From positions 5,040,001-5,072,000 of the forward strand of contig NC_014148.1 of NCBI RefSeq assembly GCF_000092105.1: a stretch of 32,000 nucleotides of DNA. The letters run 5' to 3'. Position numbers and translations under genes: made by a program. The stretch is from Planctopirus limnophila DSM 3776. GTDB taxonomy: Bacteria; Planctomycetota; Planctomycetia; Planctomycetales; Planctomycetaceae. The notes beneath the pieces were generated by a model. The model was given only the letters and a program-made list of their open reading frames with translations. It was not told where the DNA came from and made no database searches. Shown here piece after piece: positions 8,187 to 16,371 of this stretch (the first letter of the stretch is position 1; the number at the start of each line of letters is the position of its first letter).

Positions 8187-9464
8187 CTAATCCAGTTGCA
8201 TCAAGGCGAATTTCAAATAGCGGAATTCTCGCAGGGCCAAAGGAGCGGGATGATCGGCCGGGGGGCCGTTGAACGTGAGAATCCGTCCGCGCCGGCGGGC
8301 TGCACTCAACGATTCTTCGCAGATCTCTAAAAACTGCTGATCACGCAAATGACTCGAACAGGAGGCGACGGCCAGCAGACCGGATGCACTCACCAGTTCT
8401 GCCGCCATGCCAAACAGCCGCTCGTAGCTCGCAATCGCCCGGGTCAGCGATTCCTGCGACGGCGCAAATGAGGGTGGATCAACAACCATCACTTCCCACC
8501 GATGGCCAGCCTTCTTGGCCTCTGCGAGAAAATCAAAGACATCAGCTGCAATCGCCTCGTGCTGACTGGCCGGAAGTTCGTTGAGTTCCCAATGCTGCCG
8601 AGCCACTTCAATCGCCGGTTCTGCCACATCGACGCTCGTCACATGCTGAGCACCACCCACGCCTGCAGCAATCGAGAATCCACCGGTATAACTGAAGAGA
8701 TTCAGCACACGGCGATTGTAAGACAGCTTCCGGATCAGTGCCCGATTCTCGCGCTGATCGAGAAAGAACCCGGTCTTCTGGCCATGCAGCACATCCGCAG
8801 TGAACTTCAGCCCGTACTCGAGAAAGGGGACAGCCGCCTCTGTCAGTTCACCCGCAATCACGCGGGCTTCTTTCCCTCGATCGCGTTCCCGCTGCACCAC
8901 AGCTTTCACTCGGGTAGCCTGCATCAGCCACTCCGCAATCCCTTCGGCCTGCCAGAAGGTGGTGGCTGCGGGCCCATCAAGCTTTATGACAGCCACATCC
9001 CCGTAAACATCGACGACCAATCCCGGCAGGCCATCTCCTTCGCCATGGAACAGTCGAAAACCTGTCGTCAGATTCGGGCGTCCCGCTATGTCATCGACGG
9101 GGGCCGCACCTTCGATCTGATCTCGGGCAGAACCATCTCGCGAAAACGGATTGCGAAACAGCGCCTTTCTCAAACGATACGCCCGGTCAAACTGCCGCCT
9201 CGCCCAGCGATCATCAAGTCGATCTTTTTCGTCGCTCGTACAGGCGCGGAAGGCAATCGGACTGTTCGGATCGACATACCCTTTGGCAATCTCGCGATTG
9301 TGCTTGTAATCGAGCAAGACAGCTCTTGATCCCGCGGGAACTTTCGGAATCTCGCGCAGAGACTCTGCATAAACCCACGGATGCCCCCTCCGAATGGAAC
9401 GCGATAAATCTCGCGCCAGGCGTAAATGAACCGGGGGACGATCAACAGGACGAATCAGCGACAT
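8187..9464 (-). CDS. PUA-domain class I SAM-dependent rRNA methyltransferase (RlmI-like, COG1092 type)
   Basis: N-terminus RLARDLSRSIRRGHPWVY resembles the RlmI N-terminus. Other matches are GFFLDQRENR, VLNLFSYTGGFSIAA and VDPPSFA. ATG at 9464 is chosen. The 59-codon upstream extension in the track (to 9641) has no family support. Confidence 0.8.
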   Translation of the reverse strand: MSLIRPVDRPPVHLRLARDLSRSIRRGHPWVYAESLREIPKVPAGSRAVLLDYKHNREIAKGYVDPNSPIAFRACTSDEKDRLDDRWARRQFDRAYRLRKALFRNPFSRDGSARDQIEGAAPVDDIAGRPNLTTGFRLFHGEGDGLPGLVVDVYGDVAVIKLDGPAATTFWQAEGIAEWLMQATRVKAVVQRERDRGKEARVIAGELTEAAVPFLEYGLKFTADVLHGQKTGFFLDQRENRALIRKLSYNRRVLNLFSYTGGFSIAAGVGGAQHVTSVDVAEPAIEVARQHWELNELPASQHEAIAADVFDFLAEAKKAGHRWEVMVVDPPSFAPSQESLTRAIASYERLFGMAAELVSASGLLAVASCSSHLRDQQFLEICEESLSAARRRGRILTFNGPPADHPAPLALREFRYLKFALMQLD

Positions 9465-10059
9465 CACGCCAGTTTGACAAGAAATCTCCCATCTCGCCAG
9501 CGGTCGGACGTCCTTGGCACACAACCTTTCACGCAGCCTTGGGTGGCACGACCCTGAAGCCCAAAAATCAAAACAGTGCGAAAGGGCGTGGTTCTTTCCC
9601 GGGTGGCAGGGGGCGGATGTCTTCATCCGCCCCCTGGTCAATCGAATTCACCAGCACAAATGCATCCGAAACATGCTTTTCTGAGTTTTCAACTGTTTGC
9701 TATGAACAGTCAACCTCCCATGACCTGGGGGCAAACGAGGACGTTTGACCCCAGCCACTCATTCTACTGCCACACCTCAGATCAGCACGCCTGCAAAGTT
9801 GTGTTTCAAAGACAGTAGCGGTCGGCCCGCTTCGCCACGATTGATGGAGTGCCCCCGGTTCGATCTGTCATGCCAACCCATTTCCAGCTAAACTCAATTA
9901 TTCAACATTCCAGCAGTTGAACAGAGATCACACCACGCGATTCTTGAAACCAGTGAACATGCGAGTCCATTCTCCACTCGGGAATCTCCGCAAATTCACC
10001 CCGTAACGATCAGCACCCGGTATCGACGAACTCCCCGAGAATCATCAAGGGCTTCACCA

Positions 10060-11283
10060 ATGCTGCACATCCCTCACCCCTCCAGCCGCCGTCACTTTAT
10101 GGGTCAATCGGCAGGGCTTCTGGCTGCAATGGGTCTGTGGAATACCAACTTCGGGCAACTCGAACGCCCACTGCGTGCCGACGAACCGGCTCTCGACCTG
10201 ATCAGTGCTGATATCAAGCGGCTCATTACCAGGCAGGCCACCCCTTATAATGCCGAGCCACCCGCTCCAGAACTGACTTCGCAATGGCTCACACCCACCC
10301 GCAGCCTGTATGTTCGCAGCCATGGGAAGATTCCCCGGATTGACGAAAAGAGTTTCCGGCTCAGCATCAGTGGTCTTGTCGAGCGTCCCGTCACGTTCAC
10401 TTTGCCGGAACTTCAAGAACGCTTCCCCGCCACTTCGACTCTCGCCACCATGGTTTGTGCCGGTAATCGGCGCAATGAATTCGCACTCGGCGGACGCAAA
10501 GCGCCGGGTGTCCCCTGGGATGTCGGTGCGATTGGAACGTGTGACTGGCAAGGCGTTTCACTCGCTCAAGTTCTTAAGCATTGCGGCGTCAAAGCCGAGG
10601 CCAAGCATATCTGGTTTGAAGGACTGGATGCCGTCGAAGGCCACGGAGATCCCTTTCCTTTCGGGGCCTCCATTCCCCTCGAAAAGGCAATGCAGGATCA
10701 GGCGGGAGAAGAAACTTTGCTCGCCTGGGGGATGAATGGTGACCCCCTGCTTCCCGAGCATGGCTTCCCGCTGCGTAATGTCGTCCCAGGCTACATTGGT
10801 GCCCGCAGTGTGAAATGGCTGGCCAAAATTGTTGTGAGTGACAAACCCTCGCCCAATTTCTTTGTGCAGGATGTGTACAAGGTTGTTTACGACGACAAAC
10901 CCGAATCAACAGCGAATGCCGCTCCGATTATGGAGTTTATCCTGAACTCGGCCATCACCGAAATTCGCCGCTTCGATAACAACCTGCGCATTCGCGGCTT
11001 CGCACTCGCTCAAGGGAGCCTGGGCAACGCGATTGAACGCGTTGAAATCAGCACCGATCGCGGCAAGAGCTGGCAGCCGGCCCGGATCATCACCGCTCCC
11101 GGGAAAAACACCTGGTCATTATGGTCAGCGACAATCCCGGCTGAGGGAGTGAAGACAGTCACTGTCCGCGCCTTTGATCGTGCGGGAAACTCACAGCCCG
11201 AATCGCAGAAGTTCAATATTAAAGGCTATCAACTCAACTCCTGGCACACACTCCCCGTAGCAGGTGCCGGTCAGGGCGCGTAA
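10060..11283 (+). CDS. Sulfite-oxidase-family molybdopterin oxidoreductase (SorA-like) with Tat signal
   Basis: Tat motif SRRHFMGQSAGLLAAMG. The Mo-ligand cysteine context is MVCAGNRRNE. The C-terminal Moco-dimerisation-like domain reads IRGFALAQG...VEISTDRGKSWQPA. Confidence 0.85.
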   Translation: MLHIPHPSSRRHFMGQSAGLLAAMGLWNTNFGQLERPLRADEPALDLISADIKRLITRQATPYNAEPPAPELTSQWLTPTRSLYVRSHGKIPRIDEKSFRLSISGLVERPVTFTLPELQERFPATSTLATMVCAGNRRNEFALGGRKAPGVPWDVGAIGTCDWQGVSLAQVLKHCGVKAEAKHIWFEGLDAVEGHGDPFPFGASIPLEKAMQDQAGEETLLAWGMNGDPLLPEHGFPLRNVVPGYIGARSVKWLAKIVVSDKPSPNFFVQDVYKVVYDDKPESTANAAPIMEFILNSAITEIRRFDNNLRIRGFALAQGSLGNAIERVEISTDRGKSWQPARIITAPGKNTWSLWSATIPAEGVKTVTVRAFDRAGNSQPESQKFNIKGYQLNSWHTLPVAGAGQGA

Positions 11284-11362
11284 GCCAGATTCACGACGCT
11301 CGATGAGGTCGTAAAGGGTTCTTGATGGGTGGGTTACTGCTGCCTACCCGTCCCCAGCTATC

Positions 11363-11785
11363 TCAATGCTCGCCTATCAAAGTCGCTCTGATCTCGTGCA
11401 AAAGGGCAGGTGAGATATCGGCGGGGCGATGCTCCAGGACCTTTTGGAGAGCGTCCTCAAAGTCGATCTGGTACGCAACGGATAAGGCAGCAGCGGAGAT
11501 AATCGGTGATCTGCTCATTCCCGCCCCGCAGCAGACGAGCGTGGGTATGCCCGCCATAATCAGCCCTTTGACCGCATCAATGGCGAGGCGTAGCATGGTA
11601 CGGTCATTTCCCTCCCCATCGAGGAGTGGATACCGCTGGTAGATTAATTCCCGGGGCGGCTGAATAGGCGGTTCCTCGACGGATAGTTGTACGATCGCCC
11701 TGATACCGGCGTCGAAGATCGCCCGAAACGCTTGCCCGTCTCCTGCGTGGCCGATCCAAATGGGGTGAGGTTCGATCTGATTCAT
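11363..11785 (-). CDS. Dual-specificity/protein-tyrosine phosphatase (CX5R)
   Basis: Active-site loop VCCGAGMSRS (C-x5-R-S). The domain begins at MNQIEPHPIWIGHAGDG (ATG 11785). The track frame extends to 11986, but that extra N-terminus has no recognisable feature. Confidence 0.7.
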   Translation of the reverse strand: MNQIEPHPIWIGHAGDGQAFRAIFDAGIRAIVQLSVEEPPIQPPRELIYQRYPLLDGEGNDRTMLRLAIDAVKGLIMAGIPTLVCCGAGMSRSPIISAAALSVAYQIDFEDALQKVLEHRPADISPALLHEIRATLIGEH

Positions 11786-12163
11786 CGCCTCGACGACTCC
11801 CTGACTTCGAACTGCCGCCTTTACGAAGTCCGCAACTGGGGTGAGCGTGCCTGAAAACCGCACTCGATATTGCCACAGTCTAGCAAGCGCTGTCTGTTCC
11901 CACAGGGCAGGCCTCCGCCTGCCTGTCTCAATCACAACTCCGGGGAAAATCAGAATCTCTACCAGGACCACCTGGCCCCTTCTCACCTTCCTGTCTAATA
12001 ATCCACATCCGCAGCGCCCACGCGACAGCCATGAGATGAAACGAATTGGTAGAAGTTCAGAGGCATGTCAAAGGGAAGCAACCTTTGTGAACCCGCAGTG
12101 CTAGAAACCAGTAGAAGATGAAAACGCACACTGGTACTTATGCCTCATTCTTTGCCAGATATT

Positions 12164-12817
12164 TTACTCGAAACAGTCTCCAACCTTGAGTTTTACAATG
12201 CCTCCCCATGGACCAACCCCAAACGGCGGATCACCTGAAATTGAGCGAACAATAGATTTTTCCTTTTCTACCCCGCTGGTGGGCACAGTAATGTCTTGCG
12301 GCCGAGTCCAGATGATCGGCTCCGCTGACTCAACTAGAAAAATCGGATTGGGAGAGGGCCTTGATCTGCCGTCCCACGTAGGATCTACTCCCCAGTCGCC
12401 GTTGCGTGACAAGGCAGCGTAACGAGTCTTGCCTCCACCATCTTGCTTTACAAACTTGAAAAGACGCTCTGGCATTTTATCGACAAGGGCACGATTAATC
12501 TGGCTGTCCCACGAGTGAGAAAGGTCAAACTGCGAATACAGTTCCCGCTCCCCTAAAAACGGAAGAATCAGAACTCGCCAACTCAGCCCTTCCCCTCCAT
12601 CTTTTGGGTTAGTACTCAGGGGAGGCAACACCCCATAAACATCTCTGTATCGCATTAAAGCAAATCGAATCTGCGCGATCATACCTCTTCGATATGTATT
12701 ATCAATCGCCTTGCGATGATTGAGTATATTCTGGACTAATAACCCAGCGAGAACGATAGAAACAACAGCCGCCATAAACAGTAAAGGACGTGTGAAAAGG
12801 CGACTTTTGAAATTCAT
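12164..12817 (-). CDS. DUF1559-like protein lacking the usual prepilin-type leader
   Basis: LSWRVLILPFLGERELYSQFDLSHSWDSQINRAL and IAQIRFALMRYRDVYGVLPP match the characteristic DUF1559 strings. The N-terminus is a plain TM helix. ATG 12817 has a strong SD (CAGGAGAGAG). Confidence 0.6.
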   Translation of the reverse strand: MNFKSRLFTRPLLFMAAVVSIVLAGLLVQNILNHRKAIDNTYRRGMIAQIRFALMRYRDVYGVLPPLSTNPKDGGEGLSWRVLILPFLGERELYSQFDLSHSWDSQINRALVDKMPERLFKFVKQDGGGKTRYAALSRNGDWGVDPTWDGRSRPSPNPIFLVESAEPIIWTRPQDITVPTSGVEKEKSIVRSISGDPPFGVGPWGGIVKLKVGDCFE

Positions 12818-12989
12818 CACTCTCTCCTGAGCAAGATCGCCTGGCGTGATCATTCCGGAAACCTACATGATGCTGGTACCAAGTGCAGCCCCTGGATCGA
12901 CGTTCCTCGGCCCAAAGCGGGACGCCGGCCGCCACGAACGGGTACCACATGCCCCGAACCGCGTTCCGGTGGGTGCGATGATTTGTAGA

Positions 12990-13535
12990 CTATGCGTCAC
13001 TAACCCGCGCGAGCTCCGCAAGTATGCCAGGACGGTTGGCGTCAACGAATGAGTCGAGCAATGACCACACGTCCTCGCTACACCCGGACTCCGCATAGAC
13101 GTAAAGTCGCTGCGATTCACGTTCAACTTCTTTCGGAAGTGATCCTAGGTCGCCGTGTAGCTCGTTGAAGCTCGTTACCTGATAAAGCGTAGTCCTATCA
13201 AAGTCGGATCGCAATTGCGAAGTCGATATGCCGTGCGTTTCGAGAATCCCATGGATGTTTTGCAGGACTTTAGCTGTCGCATGTGCTCCGATTTGATGGA
13301 AGGACTCGATTGTCTCAGAGATATAGCGGCCCGTCGAGTTCTCCAGAAAGCCAAGCATTCCCTGCATGTTGACCTCCGTGTCGAAGTCAAGCACGAGTAT
13401 GACCACACGAAGCGAGGACGGAACGGCGAATATCTGGTCGCGAGCTTTGCAGAACGCAGGCTCGTAAATTCGAGTCGACAGCCGCTCAATGAGCTCGCGT
13501 GAAGTCAGATCTTCGAATTCTGAGAGAAATGTCAT
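12990..13535 (-). CDS. DUF4375 / DMP19-like protein
   Basis: TEVNMQGMLGFLENSTGRYISETIESFHQIGA follows the DMP19 signature pattern (EVNNGGF.QFF.NS.G....AL..IGA). A strong SD, GGGGAGGAAACAC, precedes ATG 13535. Confidence 0.55.
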   Translation of the reverse strand: MTFLSEFEDLTSRELIERLSTRIYEPAFCKARDQIFAVPSSLRVVILVLDFDTEVNMQGMLGFLENSTGRYISETIESFHQIGAHATAKVLQNIHGILETHGISTSQLRSDFDRTTLYQVTSFNELHGDLGSLPKEVERESQRLYVYAESGCSEDVWSLLDSFVDANRPGILAELARVSDA

Positions 13536-13653
13536 GTGTTTCCTCCCCGTGCCAACGAGTAACCCAAACTTTGCAACACGGCAGACGGGACGCGCAGTCT
13601 GCCCGCTCGACGCTCAAGCTGGGTTCCCTGCAGCAAACGGTTAGAGGGCGTAA

Positions 13654-14004
13654 TCATGCCTGAATCAGTTCCACTTTGTGTCCGTCCGGGTCGATAACAA
13701 CTGCTCGACGGCCCCATTCAGAGTCACGAGGTGCGCTGGCGACTGCGTCTGGAAAATCGCTCAATGCGACTATTGCCTCATCAACCGATAGGACCCGAAA
13801 GCCAATGTGAGTGCCCAGTGTGGATGCACCGTCGGACTCTGGATAAAGCTCGAACACAACGCCCCCCGGCAACTCTGCGGCGTAGTGCTCAGGTCCCGCA
13901 CCATGCCTATGCTTGCTGAAGTGCAAACCAAGGCGTGAGTAGAATGCCGCAGCACGCGTTATGTCCGGCGACCTCAAGACGACGAGATTCAGGGTGATAT
14001 TCAT
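13654..14004 (-). CDS. VOC (glyoxalase/bleomycin-resistance) family protein
   Basis: 116 aa from ATG 14004. LVVLRSPDITRAAAFYSRLGLHF ... RRAVVIDPDGHKVELIQA is the typical beta-alpha-beta-beta-beta VOC module pattern. Confidence 0.75.
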   Translation of the reverse strand: MNITLNLVVLRSPDITRAAAFYSRLGLHFSKHRHGAGPEHYAAELPGGVVFELYPESDGASTLGTHIGFRVLSVDEAIVALSDFPDAVASAPRDSEWGRRAVVIDPDGHKVELIQA

Positions 14005-14266
14005 TACGCGTAACAGGCTCCTGGCAACACATTGTACCGAATGCGGCGAGTGATGCTTATCGTTGCAGCAGATACCAAGCCGCATCCGGTTCATGCGATG
14101 TTTTGGATTATCACCACGTTCCTTCAAGAGACTTCGAGCAGGTGTCGTGCTCGAACATCAATCGACCGCAGTAGACCGAATTGTGGTTCCTGCACCAACA
14201 CCAATCGGCTGACGTAAGGCGGCTGGAACTCAATATCGAGGATCTACGCCCACTCGAAAAGCGAAA

Positions 14267-14295
14267 AGGCTCTTCGATCAGTTATCGAAGAGCCT
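14267..14295 (-). terminator. Intrinsic terminator downstream of tRNA-Ser
   Basis: Perfect 12-bp stem (aggctcttcgat / atcgaagagcct) with a 5-nt loop. On the minus strand it is followed by TTTCGCTTTTCG. Confidence 0.6.
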
Positions 14296-14311
14296 CTGTG
14301 TTACATCCAAG

Positions 14312-14398
14312 CGGAGAGGGAGGGATTCGAACCCTCGGTACCCTTTCGAGTACACAGCATTTCCAGTGCTGCACAATCGACCGCTCTGCCACCTCTCC
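14312..14398 (-). tRNA. tRNA-Ser (anticodon GGA), class II with long variable arm, CCA not encoded
   Basis: Hand-folded. Acceptor stem GGAGAGG/CCTCTCC. Anticodon stem CAGCA/TGCTG with loop CTGGAAA. Variable arm GTACTCGAAAGGGTAC. T-arm GAGGG-TTCGAAT-CCCTC. Discriminator G. Confidence 0.9.
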
Positions 14399-14496
14399 AG
14401 AAGGAATGGCCTCAGCCATTCTTGTCTCAGCCAAAGCTCCGGCGATGTATCAACTCGCCAGGAGACCTATGGCTCGAATATTTCTCAGCTGTCCTA

Positions 14497-14739
14497 TTAT
14501 TCGGCGGCTTCAGTGCCGGCCTTGCGGGCAGCGACCAGCTCGTTGTTCTTTTCAATCACGGCGACGGCATTCAGCCGGCGGGAAATCTTCAGGCAGTTGG
14601 CAGAAAGCTCGCGGTAGGCTGGGTACTTCGAGAACTTCGACTGCTCAACACCAGCCTTGCCCAGTGTTTCAGCCTGCTGAGCCAGTGCTTTGCGGGCGGA
14701 GGAAAGCTGACGTTCGAGAACTTCACGGCTGAGTGGCAT
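14497..14739 (-). CDS. Hypothetical 80-aa helical protein
   Basis: The ATG is preceded by GAAAGG. The composition is a coiled-coil-like Ala/Lys/Glu/Gln-rich sequence. It is co-oriented with and just upstream of tRNA-Ser. I recognise no family. Confidence 0.45.
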   Translation of the reverse strand: MPLSREVLERQLSSARKALAQQAETLGKAGVEQSKFSKYPAYRELSANCLKISRRLNAVAVIEKNNELVAARKAGTEAAE

Positions 14740-15511
14740 GGAAAAAAACCTTTCGATACAGCTTCAACTTCTGCAAAGACCTACGACAAAGGCAGAGTTG
14801 AATTTATTTGGCCTGGGCTGATGTCTGTGAGAATCTTTTGTCGGGATCTGGCAAGAGCCAGTTCAGTTCAACCATTTCAATATGAACAGAATTCGCAGAT
14901 CAGGGTCGGCAATAAAACAACACAATGCCGGGACTTAAATCCGCGAACGAACCGGGCAGTTTCGCAGATTAGCCGCTGTCCTTCAACTCCACGGCCTATC
15001 AGATTTTTCAGCAGGCCCATACAGCACCCCGTGGCTCCCGCGGATCCTCCCGGGTTAGATCGAGCTTGTTCAGATCGCTGAACTCCCCGGTGACTTTTGG
15101 CCACAGGCAGGGAGCTTTCACCACGAGTGTTTCTTTTTCACCTCAAAGCCCTGTTGCCAATTTCCCACAGTGGCTTTTGTGGAATACATAATTCGCAAGC
15201 TTCTTCCATGAAACGCTTTATGTCGAAATCAGAGCGGCTAAAGTGTCATCCCATGTGGCCTTCTGGCAACGTGATCAAGTGGAAATGAATTCGAAAGGAG
15301 ATGGGCTCATAAAACAAATGTCGAGCCGTAACATTATGGATGCAAACGAGTTGCAGTGATCAGCCTGCCTCGAAAGTGTTCAGTTGGTGGAACGGTGGAT
15401 CCCGTTTGGCATTCAAGGTGCTTTACATTCTGTCATCACCCGGCAACGACTCAACACTGCTGGTAACGCTTAACAGCAATTACAGAACATCCATCAGAAA
15501 GAACTCGAATC

Positions 15512-15820
15512 ATGGCTCACCTGCTCAACCAACTGATCAACGACGAAGCTGGTTTCATCGTTTCGGCCGAACTCGTCCTCGTCTCGACCATTGCTGTCCT
15601 GGCCATGATCGTCGGGCTGTCCGAAGTCGCCCTCAATATCAACAACGAACTCGAAGACGTGGGTGCAGCGTTCGGCAACATCAATCAGTCCTACAAGGTC
15701 GGTGGACTCGATGGCCACATGGGTGGTACCTACGGCTCTAAGTACAGTGATCGTCAAGACTTCTGCGATAACTACTGCAACATCGTCCCGAATGGCGACT
15801 TCTCCGGCGAACGCCCATAA
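15512..15820 (+). CDS. Flp/Fap-pilin-like small protein with extended Cys-containing C-terminus (putative)
   Basis: N-terminus LINDEAGFIVSAELVLVSTIAVLAMIVGL resembles the Flp prepilin pattern (acidic-Gly, Glu, then a hydrophobic helix). The C-terminal part carries DFCDNYC. A strong terminator follows. Confidence 0.5.
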   Translation: MAHLLNQLINDEAGFIVSAELVLVSTIAVLAMIVGLSEVALNINNELEDVGAAFGNINQSYKVGGLDGHMGGTYGSKYSDRQDFCDNYCNIVPNGDFSGERP

Positions 15821-15896
15821 GGCTGGCTGAAAAACTTGATGAATCGCCTCTTAAACGACTCCGCGCACCGTTGATCGCAGATTCAGAGACACCCAA

Positions 15897-15940
15897 AAGC
15901 CAAGAGCCTGTTGGACGGCAATCCAACAGGCTCTTGGCTT
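15897..15940. terminator. Bidirectional intrinsic terminator between convergent genes
   Basis: Perfect 19-bp stem (aagccaagagcctgttgga / tccaacaggctcttggctt) with a 6-nt loop. It is flanked by aaaa on the left and gaatgttttt on the right. Confidence 0.7.
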
Positions 15941-16032
15941 GAATGTTTTTCATCAACAGTCACGTTACAGCGCAATACCCTGGCGAACCAGATGTGGCTG
16001 TCGACTGGAAGTGGCGCTTCTTCAGTTCAAAA

Positions 16033-16131
16033 TTACGTACGAACCTTTGCTCGCTTGGCCTTCCGGGCCTTCGAACTGGCAGGACGTGTACCATGATTGG
16101 CGGGCTTCAGTTTGCGTGTGTTCTTGGCCAT
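16033..16131 (-). CDS. Candidate 32-aa highly basic small protein (below the ORF-track length cutoff)
   Basis: My translation is MAKNTRKLKPANHGTRPASSKARKAKRAKVRT-TAA. It has 12 Lys/Arg and no acidic residue. It ends 92 nt upstream of the bidirectional terminator. It has no obvious SD. Confidence 0.4.
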   Translation of the reverse strand: MAKNTRKLKPANHGTRPASSKARKAKRAKVRT

Positions 16132-16371
16132 GTTGGGCTACTTTTGAGAAAGCACTAGACGAACTACAGAAATTTTTCCTTGGTAAGCAAGGAGAAAAGA
16201 GTGTAATCGAGTCCTTTCCCTTTGCCAAGCGAGTGCAGCCAGAGCCGAATTTCCTGCCCGGAAAGAATGGCATAACTTCATTCCATGCATGGCGTTATTG
16301 CGATCTAAGCGATATTCTTCAGAGACTGGTTTTGGCTGGGTCAGGTTCTGAATTCAGGAAAGTGCGGGACA

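Noticed and set aside
8502-9329. 275-aa plus-strand ORF
   Set aside because: It is antisense to the RlmI-like methyltransferase gene, has no motif support, and is a shadow frame.
9465-9641. 59-codon N-terminal extension of the RlmI-like gene in the ORF track
   Set aside because: The extension (MTRGRMKTSAPCHPGKNHALSHC...) has no counterpart in the family. The conserved N-terminus (RL...GHPWVY) begins right after ATG 9464.
9465-10059. Moco riboswitch upstream of the molybdoenzyme gene
   Set aside because: I could not recognise the conserved Moco-motif helices by eye. I mention it only as something a covariance-model scan could settle.
12100-14311. Integrative element or prophage remnant at tRNA-Ser
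   Set aside because: I could see no integrase, excisionase, phage or conjugation gene, and no repeat of the tRNA 3' end. I report it only as a low-interest compositional or SD oddity, not as a mobile element.
14422-15081. 219-aa plus-strand ORF spanning the small helical-protein gene and part of the long intergenic region
   Set aside because: It overlaps the better-supported 80-aa minus-strand gene. It has a Cys/Arg-rich, low-plausibility sequence and no start signals. I treat 14740-15511 as non-coding.
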